Assembly (NCBI GenBank): GCA_963575745.1
Contig: CAUYUJ010000010.1
Coordinates: 1-64,000, forward strand
Length of the DNA: 64,000 nucleotides
Origin: Prorocentrum cordatum
Lineage: Eukaryota
Direction of reading: 5' to 3'
In this document: in pieces, positions 13,901-60,441 of the stretch
Layout: each line of letters begins with the position of its first letter
Numbering within the stretch: position 1 is the first letter of the stretch
Translations under genes and position numbers: made by a program
Notes under the pieces: generated by a model
Told to the model about the DNA's origin: nothing
The model's input: the letters and a program-made list of their open reading frames with translations, nothing else
Databases searched by the model: none

Positions 13901-15677
13901 TTCGCTTCTGAGGGCATGGTTGGAGCCCTCTTTGGCTGTATCTTTCAGGTGTCTTGGGACGTCTTCTCGCATCTTGTGGAGATCTCTGGTCCTGCGGGGC
14001 TCGTTGTGCCGTCTTTGAAAGGCCCTTGGGCGTCTTGCAGTCGTTTTTGGGCAGGCTGCGTTCGTCTGGCCCTTGTCCAGGTGCCGAAGAGGCCGTGGGG
14101 CCGCAAGCCGAGGGCGTGGCGTTTCCTGCCAAGCGCGATGCAGGGGGGTCGGCCCAGGAAACCTCTAGATGCACTCGAAAACGCCCCCCCAAACGTGCCA
14201 ACGGCACGAGGGCGGATCGGCAGATGGCCCGCGGCCGCGACCGCGCCGAGGGCCTCGCAGGCGCCCGCGCCCGCGCCGGCGCCGGCGCCGGGTGCGCAGA
14301 CGCCGCCTGCTGCGCAGGCGCCTGCGGGCCCGCAGCCCGGACCAGGGCGGGGGCCGGCGGCCGTGGACGCGGCCGTCGGCCCGCGGCCCGCGCCCGCGCC
14401 CGCGCTGGCGCCGCGCCCGCGGACGCCGCCCGCTGCGCTTGCGTCCGCGAGCCAGCGCCTCGGAGGGGGGCGGGGGCTCGGGCCCGCGCCAGCGCTGGCG
14501 CCGCCGGCGCAGGTCGGGGGGGCGCCGGAACTTACCAGCCTCGAACTGATCCCCATCCCTAAGATTGACACGCCAAAAGGCGATGACAATCTTAGGGATT
14601 CGCCCTCAAAAACTAAGGAAATCCCTAAGGTTGGCATCGTGATGAGGAGATGCCCAGCATAGGGATAGGGATATGTTCCAGGCTGGTAAGGAGCAGGGCT
14701 CAGTCAGAGGCGGCGAGAGGGGCGAGGAACGCAGGGGAGGGCAAGACACGGACTCGGGTGCGCCGATGGTCTCTATGCCTTCGAGGAGGCTCCCGGGCGA
14801 ATGCGTGTCATGCCCGCCCCCGGGCTATTCGCCCCTATCGTCGCCGCCGGGTCAGCGCTGACGGATGTGAGCCAATCCGCTCGGAGCCCTTCTGGCCGCA
14901 GCTGCCTGGCTGCGCACGTTCTGATGCGACGTGCTGTGCTAAAGACGGTCCGTGTCAATGCGTGGCGTGTTGGCTCAGCGTGTGGGCCCACGCTTCGGCG
15001 GACGTATCGCGTCAGACCGACGTTTTCAGGGCACGTGTCGACCGACGTATCGCGTCAGACCGACGTTGTCAGGGCGTCAGACCGACGTATCGCGTCAGAC
15101 CGACGCTTCGTGTTGTGTGTTGCGTATCGGGGCAGCTAAGCCTCTGGCTTGCCCAGGCTAGGGAGCCATGTCGCGCGCTCCAGGAAGGCCCTCGACTGCG
15201 GCGCATCCTCGACCTCGGCGGAAGGCCGGAGGAAGCGGGCGGAAGTGAAGGTGGAGACGGCTCCGCCGGCGGAAGGCGGCGGAAGTAATGACAGAGGGGG
15301 GCGTGAGCACTTGTTGTGTCAGGACGTCCACAGCTGGCCATGTGGAGCCGACCTCCTTCTCACGCCCGCCGCTGACCCAGGAGGAGGAGGAGGAGGAGGA
15401 GGAGGAGGAGGAGGAGGAGGAGGAGGAGAAGACGAAGAAGAAGAAGGAGGGGGAGGAGGAGCACGAGGAGGAGGAGGAGGAGGAGGCGGAGGAGGAGGAG
15501 GAGGCGGAGGAGGAGTTTGGGAGCTCATTCGTGGCCGGCCCAGGTTCCCGGGCAGGTGTGGCCTGGGCTGGCCCGGGCTGGCGCTGAGGCCTGGGTCCCG
15601 CGCGTCCCCCCGCAGCAGGGTCGGCAGACGCCACATGCTGCCTGGGCACCTGCGGGCCGGCGCCTCGGGCGGAGATG
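2961..15677 (+). CDS. Gene A: spliced PDZ-like domain protein with Pro/Ala-rich repeated C-terminal region (3' end unresolved)
   Basis: Exons 5587-5699, 7612-7662, 8716-8757 and 9830-10013 join in phase to FQTQLGFKPVALSGRVIVGRVVPESLVDAAGVRAGDEAVAIFGAKVNEMSSYELERMLTQRPLRMQF (PDZ consensus GF...V..V.P.S...AG.R.GD.....G......RP..L.F). Further exons 10960-11156, 11280-11456, 14224-14512, 15157-15183 and 15544-~15677 share QTPxAA/VDAAV repeats. Confidence 0.75.
3190..4910. repeat. (GGA)n microsatellite blocks
   Basis: Direct inspection; similar GGA/CCT tracts at 16707-17045, 27420-27770, 39683-40265, 53520-54183 and 55875-56583. Confidence 0.95.
5587..5699 (+). CDS. Gene A exon (PDZ N-terminal part)
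   Basis: VFAADFQTQLGFKPVALSGRVIVGRVVPESLVDAAGV AG|GA. Confidence 0.8.
6856..7028. mobile_element. MITE with TAAAAC...GATCGGGA TIRs and GAGGG target-site duplication
   Basis: GAGGG at 6851-6855 and 7029-7033; the empty site is visible in the adjacent duplicate (~7175-7185). Confidence 0.75.
7195..7389. mobile_element. Long-palindrome MITE (related copies ~8808-9020, ~21990-22100, ~37145-37275)
   Basis: ~75-bp near-perfect arms GGGGAACAGAGAGTGAC...GGAGGTCCGCGCGGATTTCTCGGATCGGCGCTGG; TCGAAT on both flanks. Confidence 0.85.
7612..7662 (+). CDS. Gene A exon (PDZ)
   Basis: CAG|G AGDEAVAIFGAKVNEM AG|GA, phase 2/2. Confidence 0.8.
8073..8203. mobile_element. MITE family CATCGCTCGGACGT / ACGTCCGAGCGATG (also 27874-28005, 62492-62622)
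   Basis: 14-bp TIRs and a conserved ~130-bp body. Confidence 0.8.
8716..8757 (+). CDS. Gene A micro-exon (PDZ helix)
   Basis: TAG|C SYELERMLTQRPL AG|GA; AGGATGC occurs at both ends of the next intron. Confidence 0.75.
9830..10013 (+). CDS. Gene A exon
   Basis: CAG|G MQFAQQPGGRPADDDGQ...TEAASPE|GT. Confidence 0.7.
10115..10915. repeat. (GTGCGT)n hexamer / GT microsatellite
   Basis: Near-perfect hexamer run ~10368-10875. Confidence 0.95.
10960..11456 (+). CDS. Gene A Pro/Ala-rich exons 10960-11156 and 11280-11456, split by a 123-nt GC-AG intron
   Basis: GGQPGRPAASEAAP...VDATADR|RLAPSPALAP...VDAAV; phase-2 junction with a strong intron-end stem. Confidence 0.6.
14224..14512 (+). CDS. Gene A Pro/Ala-rich exon (acceptor 14223 or 14260)
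   Basis: APAPAPGAQTPPAA...GRGPAAVDAAV repeats homologous to 11280-11456; CAG|GT donor. Confidence 0.6.
15157..15677 (+). CDS. Gene A probable exons 15157-15183 and 15544-~15677
   Basis: AREPCRALQ| and VPGQVWPGLARAGAEAWVPRVPPQQGRQTPHAAWAPAGRRLG, carrying the same repeat motif. Confidence 0.45.
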
Positions 15678-17963
15678 GTCAATCAGGAGGGAACAAAGCA
15701 CACAGACACAATGAATCGTGGATTCCCAGGAACATAGGGGAACATATGGGAAGTGGGGGGGAAGACGAAACGCCAGAAAGTAATGGAAACTATGGGGGAT
15801 CCTGTTTTCTGTGTGGATTTATTTGTGTGTCCCAGGGCCCCTTCCAATGCTTGCACCAGCACAAAGCCCAGACCCCCTCGCGATGTGACAAAAGCACGAC
15901 GGGAGGTGTTTCGCTCTTTCTGGCCTCCGGGGGCCCCTTCCCGGGCCACGGGACGGTCAAACAAATGTTCAGGAGGAGCAACCAGTCCCGAGGAGGGGGT
16001 CGAGACTTGTGGGGGTCGCCGTTGTGGATCACCGAGTGTGTTCCACTACTCGCAGAGTTCCTACTCGCAGACGCCCGAAAAGCACATGTTCGCATCGATG
16101 TAACGTGTCGTAGAGGGCGGATCCGGGCCATTTGCGAGTGGGTACTCTGCGAGCAGTGGAACGCGCTGGTCTCAGGAGGGGAAGAAACACACAAACATAC
16201 TTAATCGTCGATTCTTCAGAAAATACGAAGACATTTGGGAAGTAGGGGGGAGACGGGAACCCCAAACATACGGGAAAATATCGGGAATCTGTTGATTTGT
16301 GTGTCATCATGTGTGTGTCCTTGGCTTAGTGGGCCCCGGAAACGGCAGGGCCGTTTTTTCACCGTTTTCGAAAACATGTCCCTTGAAAATGGAAACGGCA
16401 AAAACACGGCGACCGGAAACGGCAAAAAAACGGCTCCAGAAGTGGAACCGCCAGAAACGGTAAAAAAACGGCGACAGAACCAGAAAAGAAACGGCATCGG
16501 AACCGGCAAACATGCGGCAAAACGGAACCGGTGAAGAAACGGCCCTGTCGTTTCCAGGGCCGGCCCACTGAGGTCCTTGGGCATCTTCATTGTCTAGCTA
16601 CAAGAGTCACGACGTCGGGGGCCTGGGGAGCTTGCACGGACACAGATTCACGCGTGGGTGTCCTCGCGGACTGCGTGGATCGGCCCTGCGCTCCAGGCAT
16701 TCTGCGCGAGGAGGAGGAGGAGGAGGAGGAGGAGGAGGAGGAGGAGGAGGAGGAGGAGGACGGAGGAGGAGGACGAGGACAGAGGAGGAGGGAGGAGGGA
16801 GGAGGAGGAGGAGGAGAGAGGAGGAGGAGGATCAGAGGAGAGGAGAGGAGGAGGAGGAGGGGGGAGGAGGAGGAGGAGGGAGGGAGGAGGGGGAGGAGGA
16901 GAGGGGGGGAGAGGAGGGGGGGGAGGAGGGGGGGGAGAAGGAGGAGGAGGAGAGGAGGAGGAGAGGAGGAGGGGAGGAGGAGGAGGAGGAGGAGAAGGAG
17001 GAGGAGGAGGGGGGGGAGGGGGAGGAGAGGGGGGAGGGGGGGGAGGGCCTCTTAGAAGCACCCCTGCCTCTCAGAAGGCGCGGGCCTTCACCAACAGAAA
17101 CAGAGGGTCGGTTGAGGGGGCGTCCCAGGGAGTGCTTCTCCTTCGAGGGATCGAGAGATTGCCTTCTCTTCCCCGGCAGAAGGCCAGCGGATGGCGGCGG
17201 AAGAGGGAAACCGGGGGCGGCTCCGCCGGCGGAAGCCTGCGAAAATAGAAGGTGCGTCCCACAAGAGATGGCATGCTTTCGGGGGTTCAGGATTTGCGGG
17301 AGTCGGCCAGATGGTGTCGGAGGATCGCGCCGCATCGTTGATGCATTTGCGATGCGGCTCCATCTCCCCACGCTGCCGATGCATCGCCGAGTCGGTGCGA
17401 TCTTCCAACCCCACTTGAGCGGCCGCCAGATGGAAGGGGCAGCGAGAAGGCTGGACAAATGAAAAGGAGAAAAACAGCAGAGAGGGTAATTGAACATGGG
17501 AGGGCCGAGGATACATACTAGGCGCAGGTGGAGACGCAGTCGTACAGAGCAGGAGGAGGGAGTGTGAGGAGTAAGAGGAGGTGGAGGAGGAGGAGGAGGA
17601 GGCGGGGGAGAAGGATGATGGAGATAATACAAGGGGCAACAGGAGGAGAAGGAGGCAGGAACAGGAACAGGACCAGGAAGAGGAAGAGGAGGGGGTAGGG
17701 AAGCCCTGCAGCCGTTTTCGGGCTGCTGCTTGCGCGCGTAAGTGATTTGGGGGAGGACGAGGGGGAGCAGGAGCAGGAGAAGACCGTGAACGACGCAAAG
17801 GCGGCGTCGGCCGAGATGGTCATAGACCCGCTGGAGACGGTCTGCTCCCACGTGGAACGGCGGATTGTAAGACGTGAGAAGTCAGGATCGGTCTGAGACC
17901 CCAGGCCCTAGGTTTAGACGACTATTTCAATCAGTCGAGAGAGAGAGAGAGAGAGACAAAAAA

Positions 17964-17998
<35 letters not shown>

Positions 17999-18876
17999 AG
18001 GATGAGCAGGGGTAGGAGGTCAGACGAGGACACCGAGCGCCGCTCCTGGCACTATCCGTGCCGACGCGGCAAGAGAGAGCTCGGCTACACGGCAGGCTCG
18101 TGCGCTCCCTCCACACGGCGGCGGCGGCGGCGGCGGCGCGGGCATTCGAAGTCTGAACGCCGCCAGTTGTTGCCCAGAACGGGGCCATGTTTGGATACAC
18201 CTGGCGACGACGATCGGGAAGCCGCCAGCCCTTCAAGGTTATATACAGTCGGGCCGAGGCATCAGACCGAGGTCAGATCGGGGAGCGTACCCTGATGTTC
18301 TTCGTGCTTGTTGGGTGCTTTTGTGCACCCTGGGGGAGGGTTCCGCTTGGATGTCCTGTGTGTCTTGGCCGGCGGATGGTCTCGCGTTCTTGAAGTATGA
18401 TATCCGCAAGGGCTTCGCCCCCTGCCGCCGGCCCCCTCTCTCGCATAATGGGATCTATCAGAGTCGCGTCGGTGCGTCACGACGCTGCCTTGGCGCATCT
18501 GGAAACATCATGCGGGAGCGGAAACGAGTCATCAGCGCATATCCAGACGTTGGCGTGGCTTTCGGCTCATCCCCCTACGGTGCCTGGGCTGTGGGTCTGA
18601 GGTCTCTTGTATATGTGTTGGGGTGTCGTGGGGTGCCTCTCGGAGGCCTCGTGGAGGAAGTTTGGACGCTTCTTGGGGGCCTCTTGGGACCTCGTGGGGC
18701 ATCTTTTGGGCATCTTTGGGCCTCTTTCTCTTTGTGGGCGCGTCTTGTGACCTCTTGGCGGTCTCGAGGGGCCTCCTGGGGGCTTCTCGGGGCACAGATC
18801 TAGATTTTTCGGTTCGTGGTGGCCTGCTTGGGCCCCTCTTGGGGCCGTCTTGGGGCTCTTTGCGGCCTCTTTGCAT

Positions 18877-19280
18877 GGGATCGTGGCCTCCAGGGTGCGA
18901 ACGTGTCTCAATTTACATGGGATCGTGGCCTCGGGATCGCGGACACGGTGTTATTTACAAGGGATCGTGGCGTCGGGGGCGCGAATGTGGCGTAATAGTC
19001 TACAAGGGATCGTGGCCTCGGGTGCGCGAACGTATGCAATTTAGAAGGGATCGTGGCCGCGGGGGCGCAAACGTGGCAGTAATTGATAAGAGATCGTAGC
19101 CGCGGGGGCGCCAGTGCAGTGTGATTTACAAGAGATCGTGGCCCCAGAGGCGCGAATGTAGGGTAATTTGCAGGAGATCGTGGCCTCGGAGGCGCGAACA
19201 TGGGGTATTTTATGAGGGATCGTGGCTTCGGGGGCGCGAATACGGCCCAATGTACGAAGGATTATTACGTCGAGGGCGCG
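18877..19280. repeat. ~42-bp degenerate tandem repeat
   Basis: GGGATCGTGGCCTC...GCGCGAA recurs ~9 times at ~42-nt spacing. Confidence 0.85.
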
Positions 19281-19538
19281 AATCTCATATATTCTTACGT
19301 GTCCCACGGCCCTGCAGGAATTCAGACAACGCGATTCGGGTGTGGTAACCGGGCGCTTTTCGGCTACCCCCTTCGCGAGAATTTAAACAATTTACAGTAG
19401 GAAGCAGAAAGCAGGACTGTAACATTGAAGACTGGAAACTGCAACTGGTGCAGGGAGCAGCAACCCTGACCCTCGCAGCCTGATCGCCCCACAAGAGGGC
19501 CGGCTGATGATGATTATTACCGTTACTTTTATTATTAT

Positions 19539-21305
19539 GGACCCTGGCCCCGCCGATCTGCGTGAGGGGTGCTACCGAATTTCAGACATGTTGCAAATGC
19601 TATTGTTTTTATTGACCCTGCACTGCGGATCTGCGAAAGGGGTGCCACCGAATTTCAGAAATGTGGCACGTCCCCTGTGTTTTTGGACCATGACCCCGCC
19701 GATCTGCGTGAGGGGTGCAACCGAATTCCCAAAATGTTGCACATTCCCTGTGTTTTTGGACGCTGGCCCCGCCGATCTGCGTGTGTGGTGCAACCGAATT
19801 ATCAATTATCCCAGTGCGACCCTACCTAGGAGTTGGAGCCCCTAGGAAAGCAGCATTAGTAGTAACAGTAAAGCTAAGCAACAGCTAAGCTACAGCTAAG
19901 CTAAAGCTAAGCTAAAGCTAAGCTAAAGCTAAGCTAACGCTAAGCTAAAGCTAAGCTAAAGCTAAGCTAAGCTAAAGCTAAGCTAAAGCTGAGCTACAGC
20001 TGAGCTACAGCTAAGCTAAGTCTAAGCTAAAGCTAAGCTAAAACTAAAGCTAAAGCTAAAACTAAGCTGAAGCTAAGCTAACGCTAAGCTAAAGCTAAGC
20101 TAACGCTAAGCTAACGCCAAGCTGAAGCTAAGCTAAAGCTAAGCCAACACTAAACTGAAGCTAAGCTAAAGCTAGCTAAAGCTAAGCTAAAGCTGAGCTA
20201 AAGCTAAGCTAAAACTAAGCTAAAGCTAAGCTAAAGTTAAGCTGAAGCTAAGCTAAAGCTAAGCTACAGCTAAGCTGAAGCTAAGCTAAAGCTAAGCTAA
20301 AGCTAAAGCTAAAGCTAAAGCTCCCAGGGGACTGGGGGGAACCGCGGGGCGGGGACTGGGGGAACCGCCCGGGGCGCTTTACACTGCCCGGCCCCTTTAA
20401 GCTAAGAGAGTAAGAACCCTTCTAGGCAGAGCCTAGGTAGGGAAAAATGGTGCAAATGCTATTGTTTCTATTGACCCTGCACTGCTGATCTGCGTAAGGG
20501 TGCAACTGAATTTCAGATATGTGGCACTTCCCTTTGATTTTGGACCCTGGCCCCGCCGATCTGCGTGAGGGGTGCCACCGGATTTCAGAAATGTGGCAAA
20601 CCCTTTGTGTTTTCGAACCCTGACCCCGCCGATTTGCATGAGGGGTGCCACCGAATTTGATAAATGTTGCACATCCCCTGTGGTTTTTGGACCCTGACCC
20701 CGCCGATCTGTGTTAGGGGTGCCACCGGATTTCAGACATGTTGCACATCCCCTGTGTTTTCGGACCCTGACCCCGCCGATTTGCATGAGGGGTGCCACCG
20801 AATTTGATAAATGTTGCACATCCCCTGTGGTTTTTGGACCCTGACCCCGCCGATCTGTGTTAGGGGTGCCACCGGATTTCAGACATGTTGCACATCCCCT
20901 GTGTTTTCGGACCCTGACCCCGCCGATTTGCATGAGGGGTGCCACCGAATTTGATAAATGTTGCACATCCCCTGTGGTTTTTGGACCCTGACCCCGCCGA
21001 TCTGTGTTTGGGGTGCCACCGGATTTAGAAATGTTGCACATCCCATATGTTTTTGGACCTTGACCCCGCCGATCTGCGTGAGGGGTGATACCGAATTTGA
21101 GAAATGTTGCAAATCCCGTGTGCTTTTGGACCCTTCCCCCGCCGATCTGCGTGATGGGTGCCACCGAATTTTAGAAATGTGGCAAATCCCATGGTTCGTT
21201 TGACCCTGACCCCGCCGATTTGCATGAGGGGTGCCACCGAATTTGATAAATGTTGCACATCCCCTGTGTTTTGGACCCCGACCCTGCGGATCTGCGTGAG
21301 GGGTG
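19539..21305. repeat. ~73-bp minisatellite array with a 147-bp dimeric higher-order part, interrupted at 19804-20443
   Basis: GGACCCTGACCCCGCCGATCTGCGTGAGGGGTGCCACCGAATTT... recurs every 73-74 nt. Confidence 0.9.
19804..20443 (+). mobile_element. Non-autonomous element with CCTACCTAGG/CCTAGGTAGG inverted repeats and a (GCTAAGCTAAA)n core
   Basis: IRs at 19821-19830 and 20432-20441; inserted in a 73-bp tandem array; a second copy lies inverted at 60442-60993. Confidence 0.75.
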
Positions 21306-22151
21306 TTTATTTTTACCCCCCCAGAAATTTTGAGAACCCTCCCAGGGCGTGGTAGTTCTGCTGGTTTGGGCTCCCCCCCCCATCGCGCGTTCATCAAAAG
21401 GAACAGTAAGCAGCAAGAAGCAGAACTGTAACAGTGGAAACTGGAAGCTGCAACTGGCACAGGGAGCAGCACATTTCCGGCCTACAGCCTCGTGGCCCCG
21501 CAAGGGGGCCGGCGGATTCTGTTTTAGGTTTGTGGAAGTCGATTAATGGAGAGGAAGCATGTTGCCAGCGAATTTCCTATTTGATAATACAATGTTTCAA
21601 GCATGTTTGAAATATTAAAGACATGTTTGAAACATGTTTAGAACATGCTTTACACATGCTTTACACATGTTAAGCACATATGATAGGATTGCTAGAGTGT
21701 CCATTGTCATGACATCCACAATCCTAGGCCCGACTGTAAACGATCGCCGCGGTGTCAGACACCAACGCCGGGGTCGTCACGACACAAGCCTGCGCTGCGG
21801 CAGGACCGTGTTCGCCTCGACGCGGCGGCGCGGGGCATTCGAGCTTGGGCGCCGCGCCCCGGCCCCCGGGGACCCACAGAGAATGCCGCGCCCCCCGTGG
21901 GAAGCTTGGGCTCGAGCCGCTGCTGCCTCGGGCCCGACTTGGCCTCCCGCCGTGGCCGAAGAAGAGACAGCGGCATGTGCAGGAGCTGTCGGAGGTCCGC
22001 GCGGAGTTCTGGCACCAGCGCTGGAGCCGCACCCCCTGGTGGCGGCGCCCCCGGCGCCGCGGGCCCCGGCGCCGATCCAGGAATTCCGCGCGGGGCTGCG
22101 GAGGTTCCCCGGCCCATGCCGCTCGTGTCCTCGTCGGCTCCGGCCGCGGGC

Positions 22152-57023
<34,872 letters not shown>

Positions 57024-57479
57024 TCGTCTCCCCCGACGCGCTGGAGGCCGTCGCTGCTGCCATCGTCCCCAAACATGCTCGCGCCAGGAAAAGTCAGAGC
57101 AAAAAAGGTGTTGGCCGCTTTCGGCCTCCAGGGGCCCTCGCCAAGCCCCAGGACCGTCAAGCAACGGCTTGGGATGAAACACTGAACCCACGACACAAAA
57201 CAAAACGGCCCCGCATTCAAAGCATCAAGGGCGTCGCAGATCTGGGTCACCACAGCCGCCGAGAGCGTTGCTGGCATCCCCAGGTCTGCGTCGATCGGAG
57301 TTGTTGAATCCGGTCTTTTTTCCTCGATTGGAAAGGGTCGGGACCTTTCTGGGGCTGCGCATTGGAAAAATCGCATAGTCGGACGTTTAGGATCGTCATC
57401 ACAGTCGCCGAGAGAGCTGCTGGGGCATCTGGTGTCATCAGGCCTGCCCGCATGATGAGCCCCATCGATGCGATGGTAC

Positions 57480-59120
57480 ATGTTGTGTGTGTGTGTGTTT
57501 GTGTTTGAGTGTGCGTTTGTGTGCGCGTGTGCGTGTGCGTGTGCGTATGTGTGTGTGTGTGGTTATGTGTGTGTGTGTGGGTGCGTGCGTGCGTGCGCGC
57601 GTGCGTGCGTGCGTGTGTGTGTGTGTGTGTGTGAGTGTGAGTATGTGTAGGTGTGTTGGTGTGGGTATGGGTGTGCGCGTGTGCATGCGTGCGTGCGTGC
57701 GTGCACGTGTGTGTGTGTGTTTGAGTGAGTGCGTGTGTGTGTGGTGTGTGGTGTGTCATATGTGTGAGTGGTGTGTGGTGTCTGTGGTGTCTGTGGTGTC
57801 TGTGGTGTCTGTGGTGTCTGTGGTGTCTGTGGTGTCTGTGGTGTCTGTGGTGTGTGGTGTGTGGTAGCGGTGTGTAGTGTGTTGTGTGCTGTGAGTTGTG
57901 TGTTGAGTGTTGTGCGTTGTGCGGTGTGTGTTGTGCGTTGTGTGTTGTGTGTTGTGTGTTGTGTGCTGTGTGCTGTGTGCTGTGTGCTGTGTGCTGTGTG
58001 CTGTGTGCTGTGTGCTGTGTGCTGTGTGCTGTGTGCTGTGTGTTGTGTGTTGTGTGTTGTGTGTTGTGCGTTGTGCGTTGTGTGTTGTGTGCTGCGTGTT
58101 GTGTGTTGTGAGTTGTGTATTGTGTGTTGGTGTGTTTTGGTGTGTGTTGTGTGTTGGTGTGTGTTGGTGTGAGTTGGTGTGTGCTGGTGTTTGTTGGTGT
58201 GTGTGACGGTGTGTGTGTGTGTGACAGTGCGTGTGACGGTGTGTGTGACGGTGTGTGTGTGTGACGGTGTGTGTGACGGTGTGTGTGTGTGTGACGGTGT
58301 GTGTGACGGTGTGTGTGTGTGTGACGGTGTGTGTGACGCTGTGTGTGACGGTGTGTGTGACGGTGTGTGTGTGTGTGTTGGTGTGTGTTGGTGTGTGTGT
58401 GTTGGTGTGTGTTGGTGTGAGTTGGTGTGTGTTGGTGTGTGTTGGTGTGTGTTGGTGTGTGTTGGTGTGGGTTGGTGTGTGTTGGTGTGTGCTTGTGTGT
58501 GTGTTGGTGTGTGTTGGTGTGTGTTGTTGTGTGTTGGTGTGTGTTGGTGTGTGGTGGTGTGTGTTGGTGTTTGTTGGTGTGTGTTGGCTCGCGTTTGTGT
58601 GTGATGTGAATGTGTGAATGTGAATGTGTGAATGTGTGAATGTGTGTGTGAGTGTGAGATGTGAATGTGTGAACGTGTGTGTGTGTGTCTGTCTGTGTCT
58701 GTGTCTCTGTGTCTCTGTGTGTCTGTGTGTTTGACTGTCTGTGTGTCTGTGTGTCTGTGTGTCGTTGTCTCTCTGTCTCTGTGTCTCTGTGTCTCTGTGT
58801 CTCTGTGTCTCTGTGTCTCTGTGTCTCTGTGTCTCTGTGCCTCTGTGTCTCTGTGTCTCTGTGTCTCTGTGTCTCTGTGTCTCTGTGTCTCTCTGTCTTT
58901 GTGTCTCTGTGTCTCTGTGTGTCAGTGTGTCTGTGTCTGTGTCTCTGTGTGTCTGTGTGTCTCTGTGTCTGTGTGTCTGTGTGTCTGTGTGTGTCTGTGT
59001 GTGCCTCTGTGTCTGTGTGCCTGTGTGTCTGTGTGTCTGTGTGTCTGTGGGTGCGTGTGCGTGTGGGCGTGCGCGTGCGCCTGCGCCTTCTCGTGTGCGT
59101 GTGGGTGTGTGTGTGGTGTG
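57480..59120. repeat. Compound GT-rich microsatellite chain (GTGTCTGTG, GTGCTGT, GTGACG, GTTGGTGT, GTCTCTGT units)
   Basis: Direct inspection. Confidence 0.95.
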
Positions 59121-60441
59121 CCGGTTTTGTTTGTTGTTTCTCTCTCTCTCTCTCTTCCTATCTCTGCTGTCCTCCTCTTCTCCTTGCCTACCTCTGGTCC
59201 TCGGTCATTGATTCATCCCTCCCCTCGTCTCTTCGCCATTCCGCACCCCTCGCTCCAATCGTTCCCTCATCTCCTCCCCTCGTCGTGTTCGCTAGCTCTG
59301 ATGTCAACAAATGCCTTTGGTCGCAAACACCATTCTCGCAAACACCACATTCTCATTATCATTCTAGCCATTGGTGGTGTCCGCTGCCCCTACTGGCTAA
59401 CGACTCCGAACACCACGATTCAAAACACGCGATTTAGAGCAGAAAGCGTCATATCAGCATGTCGACAAGATCAAAAGAGTCATGGAGCTAACAGTCGGCT
59501 ACGCATCAGCGTCGAATTCGAAACGTGATCTGTTGTGGGAGCCCTCGTCAGACAAGGAATCCTCCGGAGTCTGACACCTCTTGGGCACAGTCCTTGACGA
59601 ACGCCCCCACCGTAGAGTCGGGCCGCTGAAGGAGGGACCTTTTTTCGTGTGGGGGGGGGCTCAATGCCCCTCCATTGTTTCACCGGTTCTCTTGGCTACC
59701 ACTTCGCAGGCCGCCCCGCTCGCGGATTGGCTCCCCCTGTCCACCCGGGCAGCGGGGACCCTTCGCGTGCCACCCGCTGGCTGGACGGCAGCGCGCTGTC
59801 CCCGCAGCGTGTGGCGCAGCGCGACGCCGCCGCTGCTGCCCGGCGCCGACGCCCCGCCCGTGGGTCTCCCGCAAGCGGTTGTCGTCCTCCCTCTTCGCTT
59901 CTGCCCTCCCCGTGCGCTCTCCCTCCGTCCGCGCGCCGCCGTGGCGCCGGGCGGCTGCCTGCCACCGCCCCGCCGGGGCCCAGGGCTTGGTCTGGCCGCC
60001 CGCCGCCTCCGCCGGCCCGGCATCCTGCTGGGCACGCCCCTCCCTGGCGTTGTGCCTCTCTCCGGGGCCCCACCTGGGGAACGCGCAGCCACCGCTTGGT
60101 GACTCAGGCCCCTGACTGCATCACACACTTGACCCGCTGGCCTCGATCTGGTACCTGCACTGCGCCCCGCCGCCGCAGTAACCCCGGCGCAGCAGTTGCC
60201 GCAGTCCCCGCCGGCGGGGCCGGCCGCGCCACCCGCTCCGGGCGTGACCCGTCTCCCTGAGCGGCCCTCGCCCCGTTCTTCTCCCCCTTCAGCCGCCCGC
60301 CCTCCCTTGTTTCCCGTTCTCGTGCATGGTGGCACACTTCGCTACAGCGGTGCCCCCTTTGCTTAGCCGCCGACGCAAAAAGTGTCACAGGTTGTATTAG
60401 GTGTCCCTTTTGTTTCCGATGGGAATTCGAAGCTCAACGTT

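Noticed and set aside
14875..14905. Possible relic dinoflagellate spliced leader (GGAGCCCTTCTGGCCGCAG); GGCTCAAG also at ~28366 and ~42484
   Set aside because: Matches are too short or degenerate and are not positioned upstream of a start codon.
16631..17896. Candidate last exons of gene A (IHAWVSSRTAWIGPALQ; EQEKTVNDAKAASAEMVIDPLETVCSHVERR...*)
   Set aside because: Phases and boundaries could not be linked with confidence.
19872..20322. Telomere-like tract
   Set aside because: The unit GCTAAGCTAAA is not TTTAGGG-like and is internal to a dispersed element.
20433..21164. 243-aa ORF with 49-aa repeats
   Set aside because: A by-product of the 147-bp satellite dimer.
18877..21305. CRISPR-like periodicity in the 42-bp and 73-bp arrays
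   Set aside because: The inter-repeat parts are homologous to each other, the repeats are degenerate, there are no cas genes and the context is eukaryotic.
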